Below are positions 26,785 to 36,416 of a stretch of DNA of 64,000 nucleotides, piece after piece. How positions within the stretch are numbered: position 1 is the stretch's first letter; every line of letters begins with the position of its first letter. The stretch is from an uncultured Pelagibacteraceae bacterium (GTDB lineage Bacteria; Pseudomonadota; Alphaproteobacteria; Pelagibacterales; Pelagibacteraceae). The notes below the pieces were generated by a model that worked only from the letters and a program-made list of their open reading frames with translations, did no database searches and was not told where the DNA came from. The position numbers and the translations under genes were made by a program. Where the stretch lies: the NCBI GenBank assembly GCA_902631255.1, contig CACOXS010000003.1, positions 5,692 through 69,691 of the forward strand. The letters are read 5' to 3'.

Positions 26785-28379
26785 TAACTTCTAAGTATCA
26801 TATCAGCACCTTTTTCTGCAATCATTATTGTAGGTGCATTAGTGTTACCTGAAGTTATATTTGGCATTATTGAAGCGTCAATCACTCTAAGATTATTTAA
26901 ACCTTTCACCTTAAGTTTTTCATCTACTACGGCCATCTCATCTTGCCCCATTTTACAAGTACCCACTGGATGAAAAATAGTTTGAGTAAATTCTGAACCA
27001 GCTTTTACAAGCTCTTCATCATCATTAATATCTATTCCTGGTCTATATTCTTCTGGTTTATATTTCTTAAATGTTTCTGACTCCATGATAATTTTTCTTG
27101 TTAGTTTTAAACCTTTTGCTGCAACCATACGATCATGGTCGGTTGAGAGATAATTGAGTTTTACTTTTGCATAAATTCTAGAATCTTTATCTGTTATATT
27201 TACATGACCTCTGCTAGTCGGTCTTATATTAGAGACAGTTGGAGTGAATGCATGAAAGTCATGATTTTTCGTTGCACCTAATGTATCCATACTCATTGGC
27301 TGTACATGCCACTGAAGATCTGGCAATTCTAAAGATGGATCGCTTTTGGCAAACATACACATTTGGCTAGCACCCATAGTCATTGGACCGCTACGATTAA
27401 AAACATACTCAAGCCCAATCATTAGCTTTCCAAACAGACTATTAATCTTTTTATTTAAAGATTTTAATCCATGAACTTTGTAGATTGGTCTAAACATAAG
27501 GTGATCTTGAAGATTCTCTCCAACTCCTTTTAAATCGTTAACGATGTCAATTCCTAAGTCTTTTAATTTTTTTGAATTTCCAATTCCAGATGTTTGTAAA
27601 ATCTGTGGAGAACCAATAGATCCTGAGGAAAGAATCACCTCTCTATTTGTTGAGACTTTTTTAAGTTCATTTTCCTGCCAATACTCGACACTTTTAGCAG
27701 TTTTATTTTCGAAGTTGATTTTCTTTACATGAGCATTAGTAATTATCTTCAAATTATTTCTATTTTTAATAGGATTTAAATATCCAACAGCAGTGCTACA
27801 TCTAAAACCATCTTTTTCAGTGACTTGAAAATAACCACAACCATGATTATCACCAGTATTAAAATCTTTTGTCTTCGGGATTCCAAATTCTTCTGCAGCA
27901 TTTTGAAATTCATTTAATAATGGCAACTGAATTCTTTGATCAGAGACAGAAAGTGGCCCCCCAACACCATGAAAATCATCTTTGCCTCGCTCTTGATTTT
28001 CCGCTTTGATAAAATAAGGAAGAACATCATCCCAACCCCAACCAGTATTTCCTAATTGTCGCCAAACATCATAATCTCTGCTTTGTCCTCTGATATAAAG
28101 CAGTCCGTTGATCGAAGAGCTCCCACCTAAAGTTTTTCCTCTTGGATAACGAATTGATCGATTATTCATTGTCTCATCAGGTTCTGTTTTGTAACACCAA
28201 TCAACAGATGGATTGTGCATTGTTTTAAAATATCCAACAGGAATATGTATCCACGGATAATTGTCTTTACCCCCAGCTTCGATCAATAAAACTTTATTTT
28301 GAGAATTTTCAGAAAGTCTATTTGCTAGAACACATCCAGCCGATCCAGCACCAATAATTATAAAATCAAAGTTTTCCAT
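26784..28379 (-). CDS. GMC-family FAD dehydrogenase (choline-dehydrogenase-like; candidate isethionate dehydrogenase)
   Basis: GAGSAG, RGKTLGGSSSING, GENLQDH, HPVGTCKMG, GNTNAP. Confidence 0.85.
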   Translation of the reverse strand: MENFDFIIIGAGSAGCVLANRLSENSQNKVLLIEAGGKDNYPWIHIPVGYFKTMHNPSVDWCYKTEPDETMNNRSIRYPRGKTLGGSSSINGLLYIRGQSRDYDVWRQLGNTGWGWDDVLPYFIKAENQERGKDDFHGVGGPLSVSDQRIQLPLLNEFQNAAEEFGIPKTKDFNTGDNHGCGYFQVTEKDGFRCSTAVGYLNPIKNRNNLKIITNAHVKKINFENKTAKSVEYWQENELKKVSTNREVILSSGSIGSPQILQTSGIGNSKKLKDLGIDIVNDLKGVGENLQDHLMFRPIYKVHGLKSLNKKINSLFGKLMIGLEYVFNRSGPMTMGASQMCMFAKSDPSLELPDLQWHVQPMSMDTLGATKNHDFHAFTPTVSNIRPTSRGHVNITDKDSRIYAKVKLNYLSTDHDRMVAAKGLKLTRKIIMESETFKKYKPEEYRPGIDINDDEELVKAGSEFTQTIFHPVGTCKMGQDEMAVVDEKLKVKGLNNLRVIDASIMPNITSGNTNAPTIMIAEKGADMILRS

Positions 28380-28511
28380 TACAAGTTGAATAATTTTTTA
28401 ATAAATCTTTTTAAATCATCTTTACACTCATATTAATCAATTGTCACTTGTGTCAGGTTTGTTTTTCTGATTGTATGTATTTGTTAAATTTAACTAACAA
28501 GAGGGAAAATA

Positions 28512-29606
28512 ATGAAAAAAATCATTTCAATGTTATTTGCATCTGTCTTAGTGCTTGGATTTATTTCTAATGCTAATGCTGCAAAAACACTAAAATGTCA
28601 GACTGTTCTTAACACTAAAGCTGATGAAGTTAAAATGTTAAAGGACTTTACTGATACAGTAACTGAATTAACAGCTGGTTCGTTAAAATTCGAAATTTTA
28701 CCTGCGGGCGCTGTTGTTGGAGTTAAGGAAACTCTTGATGCTGTAGATAAAGGTCTGATCGATTGTGGATTCGCATGGACACACTATTGGTCAGGTGATC
28801 ATCCTGCCGCTATGCTATTTGGATCTCCAGTAGCTGGTGGTGGAGTTGGTATCGACAATATCGCATTCCTTTCATGGTTCCAATACGGTGGTGGTAAAGA
28901 ATTATACGACCAACTTTGGAAAGAAATGGGAAGAGACATCAAAGGATTTATGATTCAACCAGTTGGTCCAGAAGCTTTAGGTTGGTTTCCAAAACCAATT
29001 AAGGATATGGCTGACTTTAGAAAATATAAGTTTAGAACTCCTCCAGGAATTCCAGGACAAACTTATAAAGACATTGGTATAGCATCTGTTGCAATGGGTG
29101 GTGGAGATATTCTTCCAGCTCTTGAGGCAGGTACGATCGATGCTGCTGAGTGGTGTTGTCCAAAACCAGACTTAACATTTGGTTTCCAAAAAGTATTAAA
29201 GCACTATTACTTACAAGGTTTACACCAAGTAGTCGTAAATGCTGACTTTTATATTACTGGAAAAACTTATAAAGCTATGACCGCTCATGAGAAGAAGTCA
29301 CTTGAAGTAGCTGCTAATGCATCATTAGCGAAATCTTTAAGTTACAGAATCTATGAGAATGGTAAAGCGTTACAAGAGCTAACTACTAAACATGGAGTAA
29401 TTTTAGAAGATACACCTTCAGATTATTTCACAGAATACATGGCTGCAGCAAAAGCTTCTTTAAATAAGAATGCTAAAGAGAACAAATTTTTCAATGAAGT
29501 TTATAATTCAATGAAAAACTTTGCTGATATTGCTGTTCCTTTCTGGAGTGGTGCTCAAATGTCTAATGCGAAGCTAGGAATGGCTCACGCGGCGACATTA
29601 AAGTAA
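28512..29606 (+). CDS. dctP: TRAP transporter substrate-binding protein (DctP, TakP-like)
   Basis: Signal peptide, LPAGAVV, FRTP, ALEAGTIDAAEW; RBS GAGGG. Confidence 0.9.
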   Translation: MKKIISMLFASVLVLGFISNANAAKTLKCQTVLNTKADEVKMLKDFTDTVTELTAGSLKFEILPAGAVVGVKETLDAVDKGLIDCGFAWTHYWSGDHPAAMLFGSPVAGGGVGIDNIAFLSWFQYGGGKELYDQLWKEMGRDIKGFMIQPVGPEALGWFPKPIKDMADFRKYKFRTPPGIPGQTYKDIGIASVAMGGGDILPALEAGTIDAAEWCCPKPDLTFGFQKVLKHYYLQGLHQVVVNADFYITGKTYKAMTAHEKKSLEVAANASLAKSLSYRIYENGKALQELTTKHGVILEDTPSDYFTEYMAAAKASLNKNAKENKFFNEVYNSMKNFADIAVPFWSGAQMSNAKLGMAHAATLK

Positions 29607-29628
29607 TCAGTAATTAATCTTGATTTTT

Positions 29629-29663
29629 TAGAGCGGACTTTAAAAGTCCGCTCTAGTTTTTTT
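29629..29663 (+). terminator. Intra-operon stem-loop/terminator after dctP
   Basis: 12-bp stem TAGAGCGGACTT/AAGTCCGCTCTA followed by GTTTTTTT. Confidence 0.8.
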
Positions 29664-29675
29664 AACTAAAATTTT

Positions 29676-30296
29676 ATGGCAGACGAACCCAGTAAATTAG
29701 ATATCTCTGATGAAATGATTGCCGAAAGGCGAGGCGGGTCGGGAAAAATGCCTGATGACATGCCGTTATGGATGGCAAAATCTATAATAAATATTGATAA
29801 ATTTAGTAAGTGGATTGGTAATATTGTTTGTTGGATACTGATGCCACTCATTTTTGCAATGACCTATGAAGTACTTGCACGAAAATTATTTTTAGCTCCA
29901 ACGATCTGGGCTTATGACATTAGCCGTTTTTTATATGGTGCATTATTTATGCTTGGTGCAGGATACGCTCTTTCTAGAGGAGTTCATATAAGGGCAGATT
30001 TTTTATACAGAAATTTTAAAATAAAAAACCAAGGTCTAATTGATTTTTGGTTATATCTTTTATTTTATTTTCCAGGCTTAATTGTTTTTCTTTATATGAC
30101 AATAGGCTTTGTTGGAGAGTCTATTCAAAGAGGTGAGAGGGGCATGGATACTACTTGGATGCCGTATATGTGGCCAATCAAAACATGTTTGTTAATTGGA
30201 ATAATTTTTTTATTAATCCAAGGTGTTTCAGAATTATTTAAGAGTTACTGGGCAGCAAAAAAAGGTGAATGGCCAGGAGAAGAAAGTAAAAAATGA
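29676..30296 (+). CDS. dctQ: TRAP small permease
   Basis: Four TM segments; YEVLAR, APTIWAYD, HIRAD. Confidence 0.9.
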   Translation: MADEPSKLDISDEMIAERRGGSGKMPDDMPLWMAKSIINIDKFSKWIGNIVCWILMPLIFAMTYEVLARKLFLAPTIWAYDISRFLYGALFMLGAGYALSRGVHIRADFLYRNFKIKNQGLIDFWLYLLFYFPGLIVFLYMTIGFVGESIQRGERGMDTTWMPYMWPIKTCLLIGIIFLLIQGVSELFKSYWAAKKGEWPGEESKK

Positions 30297-31627
30297 TTGC
30301 TGAATTAATAGACCCGGCAATTTTAGGTTTCGTTCTTGTAGGCGTGATGCTTTTTGCAATATTTGTCGGATTTCCCATTTCATTTACACTAATATTTCTA
30401 GGATTTGTTTTTGGATACTTAGGTTTTGGAAAATTGGTTTTTTATTTGATGACACTACAATTTTCCATGGTTATGACCGAACAAACTCTTGCCGCCGTAC
30501 CGCTCTTTGTCTTTATGGGTATTATGATGGAACAAGCTGGTTTAATGGAAAGATTATTTTCATCATTCCAAATGATGTTAGCAAAAGTAAAAGGATCTTT
30601 ATATTATGCAGTTTTATTTGTTTCGGTAATATTTGCTGCTGCAACAGGTATTGTTGGTGCATCAGTTACAATTTTAGGAATAATGGCTGCAAAATCCATG
30701 AATAGATCCGGATATGACGTTAAACTTGCGGCTGGAACAATCACTGCAGGTGGAACTTTGGGAATATTAATTCCACCTAGTATCATGCTTGTGGTAATGG
30801 GGCCAATCATGGAAATTCCAGTTATAGACTTATTTGCAGCTGCGATTATACCAGGAATTCTTCTTGCAAGTTTGTACGCAGCTTACACAACAATCAGATG
30901 CATGATAAATCCAAAACTGGGTCCAGTTTTACCTGAAGATATGAGGGCAGCTAGTATGAAAGAAGTATGGATTGAATTCTTTCTTGGATTAGTTCCTCCT
31001 GCTGCATTAGTTTTTGCTGCTTTAGGAAGTATTTTATTTGGTTTTGCTACACCTACTGAAGCAGCAGGATGTGGTGCAATGGGAGCTCTTTTATTATCTT
31101 TAGCATATAAAAAATTAACTCTACCAAAACTTCAAGAGGCTTTAGTTAAAACTCTTGAAATCACAGCTTTGATTATGGTCTTAGTTGCTGCCTCTAATTT
31201 TTTTGGTGCAGTTTTTGCAAGATTAGGAACACCAACATTGTTAACTGAATTTTTACTAGGTTTAGAAATGAACAAATATTTAATTCTAGCAATGATAATG
31301 GTTATGATATTCTTATTAGGCTGGCCTCTTGAATGGGTACCTATTGTAATGATTATTATTCCAATAATTTTACCTCTAGTTGAGGCACTTGGATTTAATT
31401 TAACTTGGTTTGCAATATTAGTCGCGGTTAATTTACAAACCGCCTGGCTTTCACCACCTGTAGCCCTATCAGCTTATTTTTTAAAAGGAGTTGTTCCTGA
31501 GTGGGATTTAAAAGATATTTATTATGGAATGATGCAATTTATGGTTCTACAAATCATAGGATTAATCTTAATTGTAATATTCCCCAAGATCGCTCTTTGG
31601 CTACCTACTCTCTTATATGGACAATAG
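30293..31627 (+). CDS. dctM: TRAP large permease
   Basis: LAAVPLF, GTLGILIPPS, ATPTEAA, LSPPVA. Confidence 0.93.
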   Translation: MIAELIDPAILGFVLVGVMLFAIFVGFPISFTLIFLGFVFGYLGFGKLVFYLMTLQFSMVMTEQTLAAVPLFVFMGIMMEQAGLMERLFSSFQMMLAKVKGSLYYAVLFVSVIFAAATGIVGASVTILGIMAAKSMNRSGYDVKLAAGTITAGGTLGILIPPSIMLVVMGPIMEIPVIDLFAAAIIPGILLASLYAAYTTIRCMINPKLGPVLPEDMRAASMKEVWIEFFLGLVPPAALVFAALGSILFGFATPTEAAGCGAMGALLLSLAYKKLTLPKLQEALVKTLEITALIMVLVAASNFFGAVFARLGTPTLLTEFLLGLEMNKYLILAMIMVMIFLLGWPLEWVPIVMIIIPIILPLVEALGFNLTWFAILVAVNLQTAWLSPPVALSAYFLKGVVPEWDLKDIYYGMMQFMVLQIIGLILIVIFPKIALWLPTLLYGQ

Positions 31628-31652
31628 AATTTTAAAGTTTTATATAGTTTAG

Positions 31653-33110
31653 GTGAGTCAACAAAAAACAAAAAAAACACTCATTAATTGGGATTTAGTT
31701 ACTGTTAACCCTAATAACAAAACATGGGATTGGAAAGATCTGTTTTGTTTTTGGGGAGTTAATATTCAGAGTGTTATTGGATTTTCATTAATTGCATCTT
31801 TATACTTAATTTATAATTTAAATACTGCGGTAGTTCTTTTTGGAACAATTTTAGGAACTTTTTTTGTTTATATATTTTGTAACTTAATTGGAAAACCATC
31901 ACAGAAATTTGGATTACCATTTGTTGTCTTATTAAGATCGTCATTAGGATTTAGAGGCGCCCAATATTTTGGGTTGTTGAGAAGTATTGTTGGAATATTT
32001 ATGTTTGGTATCCAAACATACTTTTTATCAAAAGCGATTGGTTTCTTAATTAGAGTTTTAATGTACTCAGTAGATAATTCAATTTTACAAAAAGAAATTT
32101 TATTAGTTTTTTTCATAGGATTAAACATTATCGATTGGGCTGCTATATTGATTTCAATTATACTGCAAACTTACTTATTTAGTGTTGGAATGAATTATAA
32201 CAAAAAATTAATCAAGTTTTCTGCATTAACGATTTATGCCGCAATGATAATGTTTTTCTTTATTGTTTTATTATCTGATGTAAAATTAACTGCTCAATCT
32301 TTTATAGATGTTTTGGATTTTCAAAATATCTTTAACCCAAACAATATTGGTCCAATAATTACAGTTGCAGGGACTACATTTACCTTTTTTTCTATTATAA
32401 TTTTATCATTTGGTGATTTTTCTAGATACATTAAAAATGAAAAAGAGCTAAAAAAAGGTAATTTAAGCTTAATTTTAAATTTAATAATTTTTTCGTTTTT
32501 TGCGTTATTTATTGTTACAGGTGCAGATGCATTTCAGAATTTAAATGAGCAAAATGTAGAAATGATCTTAACTAACCCGACAGATATAATTGGAAAATTA
32601 GATAATATTCTTTTGGTTTCTTTAGCTTTAATTTTTATTATTATTGCCTCTGCATCAACAAATTTAATAGCAAACTTTATTCCCTCTCAATATACATTGA
32701 TTAATTTTAACCCTTCATCTTTTTCTTTAAAAAGCGCAAGTTATTTAATTGCTATTTTCGGATTTATTATAGGAGTCTTTTGGTTAACTTTTTTAAGCCA
32801 GGTTGGGGTCTTATCTTATATCGATACGATCGGTGCTTTTTTTGGTCCTCTATTCGGATTAATGATTGCTGATTTTTATTTGATTAAAAAAGGAAAATTA
32901 GAAAACAAAGATATATACTCACTTGAAACTAGTGGCACTTATTATTATTCAGGAGGATGGCACCTAAAAGGAGTTTATTCTTTAATATTAGGTTTTATTT
33001 TTTCTGCTTCAACAATTTGGAACACCAATTTTATGTTTTTACAATCTTACTCATGGATTATTGGTGCTTTTGTTGCAGCTCTTGTTTATTACCTCTTAGC
33101 TAGAGAGTAG
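31653..33110 (+). CDS. NCS1-family (cytosine/allantoin-type) permease
   Basis: About 12 TM segments; RSSLGFRG, DFSRY, STNLIANF, IADFYLI; GTG start. Confidence 0.85.
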   Translation: MSQQKTKKTLINWDLVTVNPNNKTWDWKDLFCFWGVNIQSVIGFSLIASLYLIYNLNTAVVLFGTILGTFFVYIFCNLIGKPSQKFGLPFVVLLRSSLGFRGAQYFGLLRSIVGIFMFGIQTYFLSKAIGFLIRVLMYSVDNSILQKEILLVFFIGLNIIDWAAILISIILQTYLFSVGMNYNKKLIKFSALTIYAAMIMFFFIVLLSDVKLTAQSFIDVLDFQNIFNPNNIGPIITVAGTTFTFFSIIILSFGDFSRYIKNEKELKKGNLSLILNLIIFSFFALFIVTGADAFQNLNEQNVEMILTNPTDIIGKLDNILLVSLALIFIIIASASTNLIANFIPSQYTLINFNPSSFSLKSASYLIAIFGFIIGVFWLTFLSQVGVLSYIDTIGAFFGPLFGLMIADFYLIKKGKLENKDIYSLETSGTYYYSGGWHLKGVYSLILGFIFSASTIWNTNFMFLQSYSWIIGAFVAALVYYLLARE

Positions 33111-33114
33111 TATT

Positions 33115-33867
33115 ATGGATAAAATTTCTTTTAATTTTAAAGACAGAACTGCAATTGTCACTGGTGGTGCACAAGGCTTTGGTTTAGATATCACAAAAAG
33201 ATTAATAAGGTCAGGCGCAAGTGTAATTATATGGGACAATGATCAGAAAATGGTCGAAAAAGCAATTGAAGATATTAAAAGTCCCAATCTAAGTTTTAAT
33301 ATTGTTGATATTTCAAATTATTCTAAAGTTGAAGAATGTGTGCAAGAAATCACTAATCAAAAAAATATCGATATATTGATTAATAACGCTGGTATTACCG
33401 GTCCAACAGCAACTTTGTGGGAATATGATATTGAGATGTGGAAAAAGGTTGTTGATATAAATTTAATGGGCACTTTTAATTGTTGTCGAACAATTGTGCC
33501 AAATATGATCAAAAATAATTATGGCAGGATAGTTAATGTTGCCTCAGTAGCAGGTAAAGATGGCAATGCAAACGCCAGTGCTTATAGCGTTGGAAAAGCT
33601 GGAGCAATTGGACTAACAAAATCATTAGGTAAAGAGCTTGCGGATAAGAATATAGCAGTAAATGCCGTTACTCCCGCAGGTGCTAAAACCAGAATTTTGG
33701 ACCAAATGACCAAAGAGCACGTCCAAAGAATGTTATCAAAAGTGCCAAGAGGACGATTTCTTGAGGTCGAAGAGTTTACCTCTTTAGTCTGCTGGTTATC
33801 TTCAGAAGAAAATACATTCTCAACTGCTGCAGTTTTTGATATCAGTGGGGGTCGTTCGACCTATTAA
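33115..33867 (+). CDS. SDR oxidoreductase resembling 2-keto-3-deoxy-L-rhamnonate dehydrogenase (LRA5 type)
   Basis: TGGAQGFG, NNAGITGP, AYSVGK, C-terminal VFDISGGRSTY. Confidence 0.7.
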   Translation: MDKISFNFKDRTAIVTGGAQGFGLDITKRLIRSGASVIIWDNDQKMVEKAIEDIKSPNLSFNIVDISNYSKVEECVQEITNQKNIDILINNAGITGPTATLWEYDIEMWKKVVDINLMGTFNCCRTIVPNMIKNNYGRIVNVASVAGKDGNANASAYSVGKAGAIGLTKSLGKELADKNIAVNAVTPAGAKTRILDQMTKEHVQRMLSKVPRGRFLEVEEFTSLVCWLSSEENTFSTAAVFDISGGRSTY

Positions 33868-34001
33868 CTTCTTGGTTTTATCTCAACTATCTTCGTTTGA
33901 TTTAGTTTGGCCCTGCCAAATTTTACATCTTTTGACATCACTGGAGCAAAAATCATTATTGACCAGTAGATTAATAGAATAAAAATGGAAATTGTCTTCA
34001 T
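33864..34001 (-). CDS. 45-aa microprotein with N-terminal hydrophobic helix (not in ORF track)
   Basis: MKTISIFILLIYWSIMIFAPVMSKDVKFGRAKLNQTKIVEIKPRS*; stop overlaps the SDR stop. Confidence 0.5.
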   Translation of the reverse strand: MKTISIFILLIYWSIMIFAPVMSKDVKFGRAKLNQTKIVEIKPRS

Positions 34002-34083
34002 AATTAATATATACGATTAGAAATTGATTTTTGATTGTTTAAATTTTGTCAAAATAATGTATTAACAATTTTTTTAAAAATTT

Positions 34084-34734
34084 ATGAAAATAATTTTAAA
34101 ACTTTTAATCAGTCTCTTTTTATTTACTGAGATAGGTGGAGCTAGTGAAATAAAAGTATTTGAATTTACCGAAACTGAACTTTCAAAGCTTGAGGTCAGA
34201 AAGGTGAGAGGGGCGGAGAATAAAACAAATTATTCGGTTGGATCCAATGAAAATGGCAATTTTTTAAAATCAGTTGCTGATAATGCTGCTTCTGGTTTAG
34301 GAAAAGAAGTGAAAATTGACCTTAACAAGACACCTTTTATAAATATTACATGGAAAGTTGAAAAAGATTTATCCGGTATAAAAGAGAATACAAAAAAAGG
34401 ACATGATTTTGCAGCCAGAGTATTTGCAGTAAAAAAGACTGGTGCAACACCACTTTCTAATAGGGCAATAAACTATGTTTTCTCAAGTAATAATGAAATT
34501 GGATTTAGTTCACCAAGCCCATATACCAAAAAGTCTATAGATAATGTTTTATCTACTACTAAAAATAATCTCAATCAGTGGGTTACTGTCAAAGCAAATG
34601 TCAAAGAGGATTTTAAAAATTTCCACAATTTAGATGTTAATGAATTAGATGGGCTAGCTATAATGTCTGATACTGATAATTCTAAAATGAAAGCTATAGC
34701 ATATTTTCAAAATATCTATTTTTCAGCAAATTAG
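34084..34734 (+). CDS. DUF3047-family exported protein
   Basis: Signal peptide; WKVEK, DFAARV, AIMSDTDNS. Confidence 0.8.
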   Translation: MKIILKLLISLFLFTEIGGASEIKVFEFTETELSKLEVRKVRGAENKTNYSVGSNENGNFLKSVADNAASGLGKEVKIDLNKTPFINITWKVEKDLSGIKENTKKGHDFAARVFAVKKTGATPLSNRAINYVFSSNNEIGFSSPSPYTKKSIDNVLSTTKNNLNQWVTVKANVKEDFKNFHNLDVNELDGLAIMSDTDNSKMKAIAYFQNIYFSAN

Positions 34735-34758
34735 ATAATTATTTGATATAATTTTCCT

Positions 34759-35181
34759 ATGCATGAAAATTTTTTTCATAAATTAAAAGTCTATTATGAA
34801 GATACAGATTCTGGCGGAGTGGTTTATTATGCAAATTATTTAAAGTATTTAGAAAGAGCAAGAACAGAGGCTCTATTTTCAATAGGTTTTAGTAATAAGA
34901 AAGTTCAAGAACAATTTGGTTCATCAATAATCGTCAAGTCTTGTAACATCGAGTATAAAAAATCAGCTTTTTTAGAGGATGAATTAACAATTAGATCTTT
35001 TGTTAAATCTATAACCAAAACCTCTTTTTTTATGAACCAAATCATTACAAAAAGTGGGGAAATAATAGTTGAAGCACAAGTTCATTTAGTTTTTGTAAAC
35101 AAAGATGGCAAACCAGTTAAAATTCCTGAGGATATATACTCAAAATTTAAACCTTACTTTTGTGATACAATCAAAGCATAG
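34759..35181 (+). CDS. ybgC: YbgC/FadM-family acyl-CoA thioesterase
   Basis: VYYEDTDSGGVVYYANYLKYLERARTE. Confidence 0.9.
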   Translation: MHENFFHKLKVYYEDTDSGGVVYYANYLKYLERARTEALFSIGFSNKKVQEQFGSSIIVKSCNIEYKKSAFLEDELTIRSFVKSITKTSFFMNQIITKSGEIIVEAQVHLVFVNKDGKPVKIPEDIYSKFKPYFCDTIKA

Positions 35182-35851
35182 AAAATTTTTTTGCTTTTTT
35201 AAATAAACTGTTAATCATTAAAGGTGTTATAACTTTTGTATTAACATTTCTAGGACTTGGATGATAACAAGCAATTAATATTCTTTTATCAGGTAATAGA
35301 TATTTTTTCCCATGTTTAAATTTAAATTTTTTATTTATATTAAATTTCTTTTTGTAGATTTTAAGACAATTATCAAAAGCAACTTTACCTAATGCTACAA
35401 TTACTTTAAGTTTTTTTAATTGTTCTAATTCACTAATAAAATAATTTGAGCATTTGATAAGTTCATTATTTTTAGGTTTATCTCCCGGGGGAACGCATTT
35501 GAGTATATTAGTAATGTAAGTAGATTTTAATTTTAACCCATCATTTTTATTTTCTGAAAAATTTTGATTTGATATATTTACTTTATGGAGACTTTTAAAT
35601 AAAAAATCCCCTGATTTATCACCAGTAAAAGCTCTGCCTGTTCTAGTTCCACCATGGGCTGCGGGAGCTAAACCTATAATCATTAATTTTGCATTGACGT
35701 CACCAAAACCAGTAACAGGCTTTCCCCAATATTTTTCATTTATATTTTGTTTTCGTTTTTCTAATGAAATTTTTTTTATGAAATTAAATAAACGTGGACA
35801 TTTTTTACATTTAATTATTGTGTTATTTAATTTTTTGAATTTAATGTTCAT
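35171..35851 (-). CDS. Uracil-DNA glycosylase family 5 (UdgB)
   Basis: CKKCPRL Fe-S ligands, GLAPAAHGGTRTGRAFTGD, YHPSPRN. Confidence 0.9.
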   Translation of the reverse strand: MNIKFKKLNNTIIKCKKCPRLFNFIKKISLEKRKQNINEKYWGKPVTGFGDVNAKLMIIGLAPAAHGGTRTGRAFTGDKSGDFLFKSLHKVNISNQNFSENKNDGLKLKSTYITNILKCVPPGDKPKNNELIKCSNYFISELEQLKKLKVIVALGKVAFDNCLKIYKKKFNINKKFKFKHGKKYLLPDKRILIACYHPSPRNVNTKVITPLMINSLFKKAKKFSML

Positions 35852-35853
35852 TG

Positions 35854-36411
35854 ATGAAATTACTTAAGATTATATTAATTATATTTTTCGCTTTAACAAT
35901 TGAAATAAAAGCAGATACAGAAAAAGAAATTATAAACAACCTTCAAAAAGGTGGTAATTTAATTTTTATTAGACATGCTTATGCCCCAGGTAATGGTGAT
36001 CCAGAAAACTTTGATATCAATAATTGTGAGACGCAAAGAAATTTGAGTCAATCAGGAAAATTACAATCAAAAAAAATTGGAAATTTTTTTAAAGAAAATA
36101 ATATTCCTATTAAATTAGTAATTTCAAGTGAATGGTGCAGGTGTAAAGAAACGGCTTTGATTGCTTTTAAAAATTATCAAACAGAAAATTTTCTCAATTC
36201 TTTTTACAGCGCAAAATTTGCAAAAAATAGAAAAATGCAAATGAAAAAGCTTAAAGATTATGTAAAAAGTTGGAATGGTGATAAAAATATAGTGTTAGTC
36301 ACTCATTATGTAGTAATATCAGAAGCTCTTAATTATGCACCAAGTTCAGGAGAAATTGTGATTGCTGATAAAAATTTTAAAAAGTTGAATAGTATAGAAA
36401 TTGATTATTAA
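35854..36411 (+). CDS. Exported histidine-phosphatase-family protein
   Basis: IFIRHA, QRNLS, SSEWCRCKETA, VTH; signal peptide. Confidence 0.85.
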   Translation: MKLLKIILIIFFALTIEIKADTEKEIINNLQKGGNLIFIRHAYAPGNGDPENFDINNCETQRNLSQSGKLQSKKIGNFFKENNIPIKLVISSEWCRCKETALIAFKNYQTENFLNSFYSAKFAKNRKMQMKKLKDYVKSWNGDKNIVLVTHYVVISEALNYAPSSGEIVIADKNFKKLNSIEIDY

Positions 36412-36416
36412 AGATT

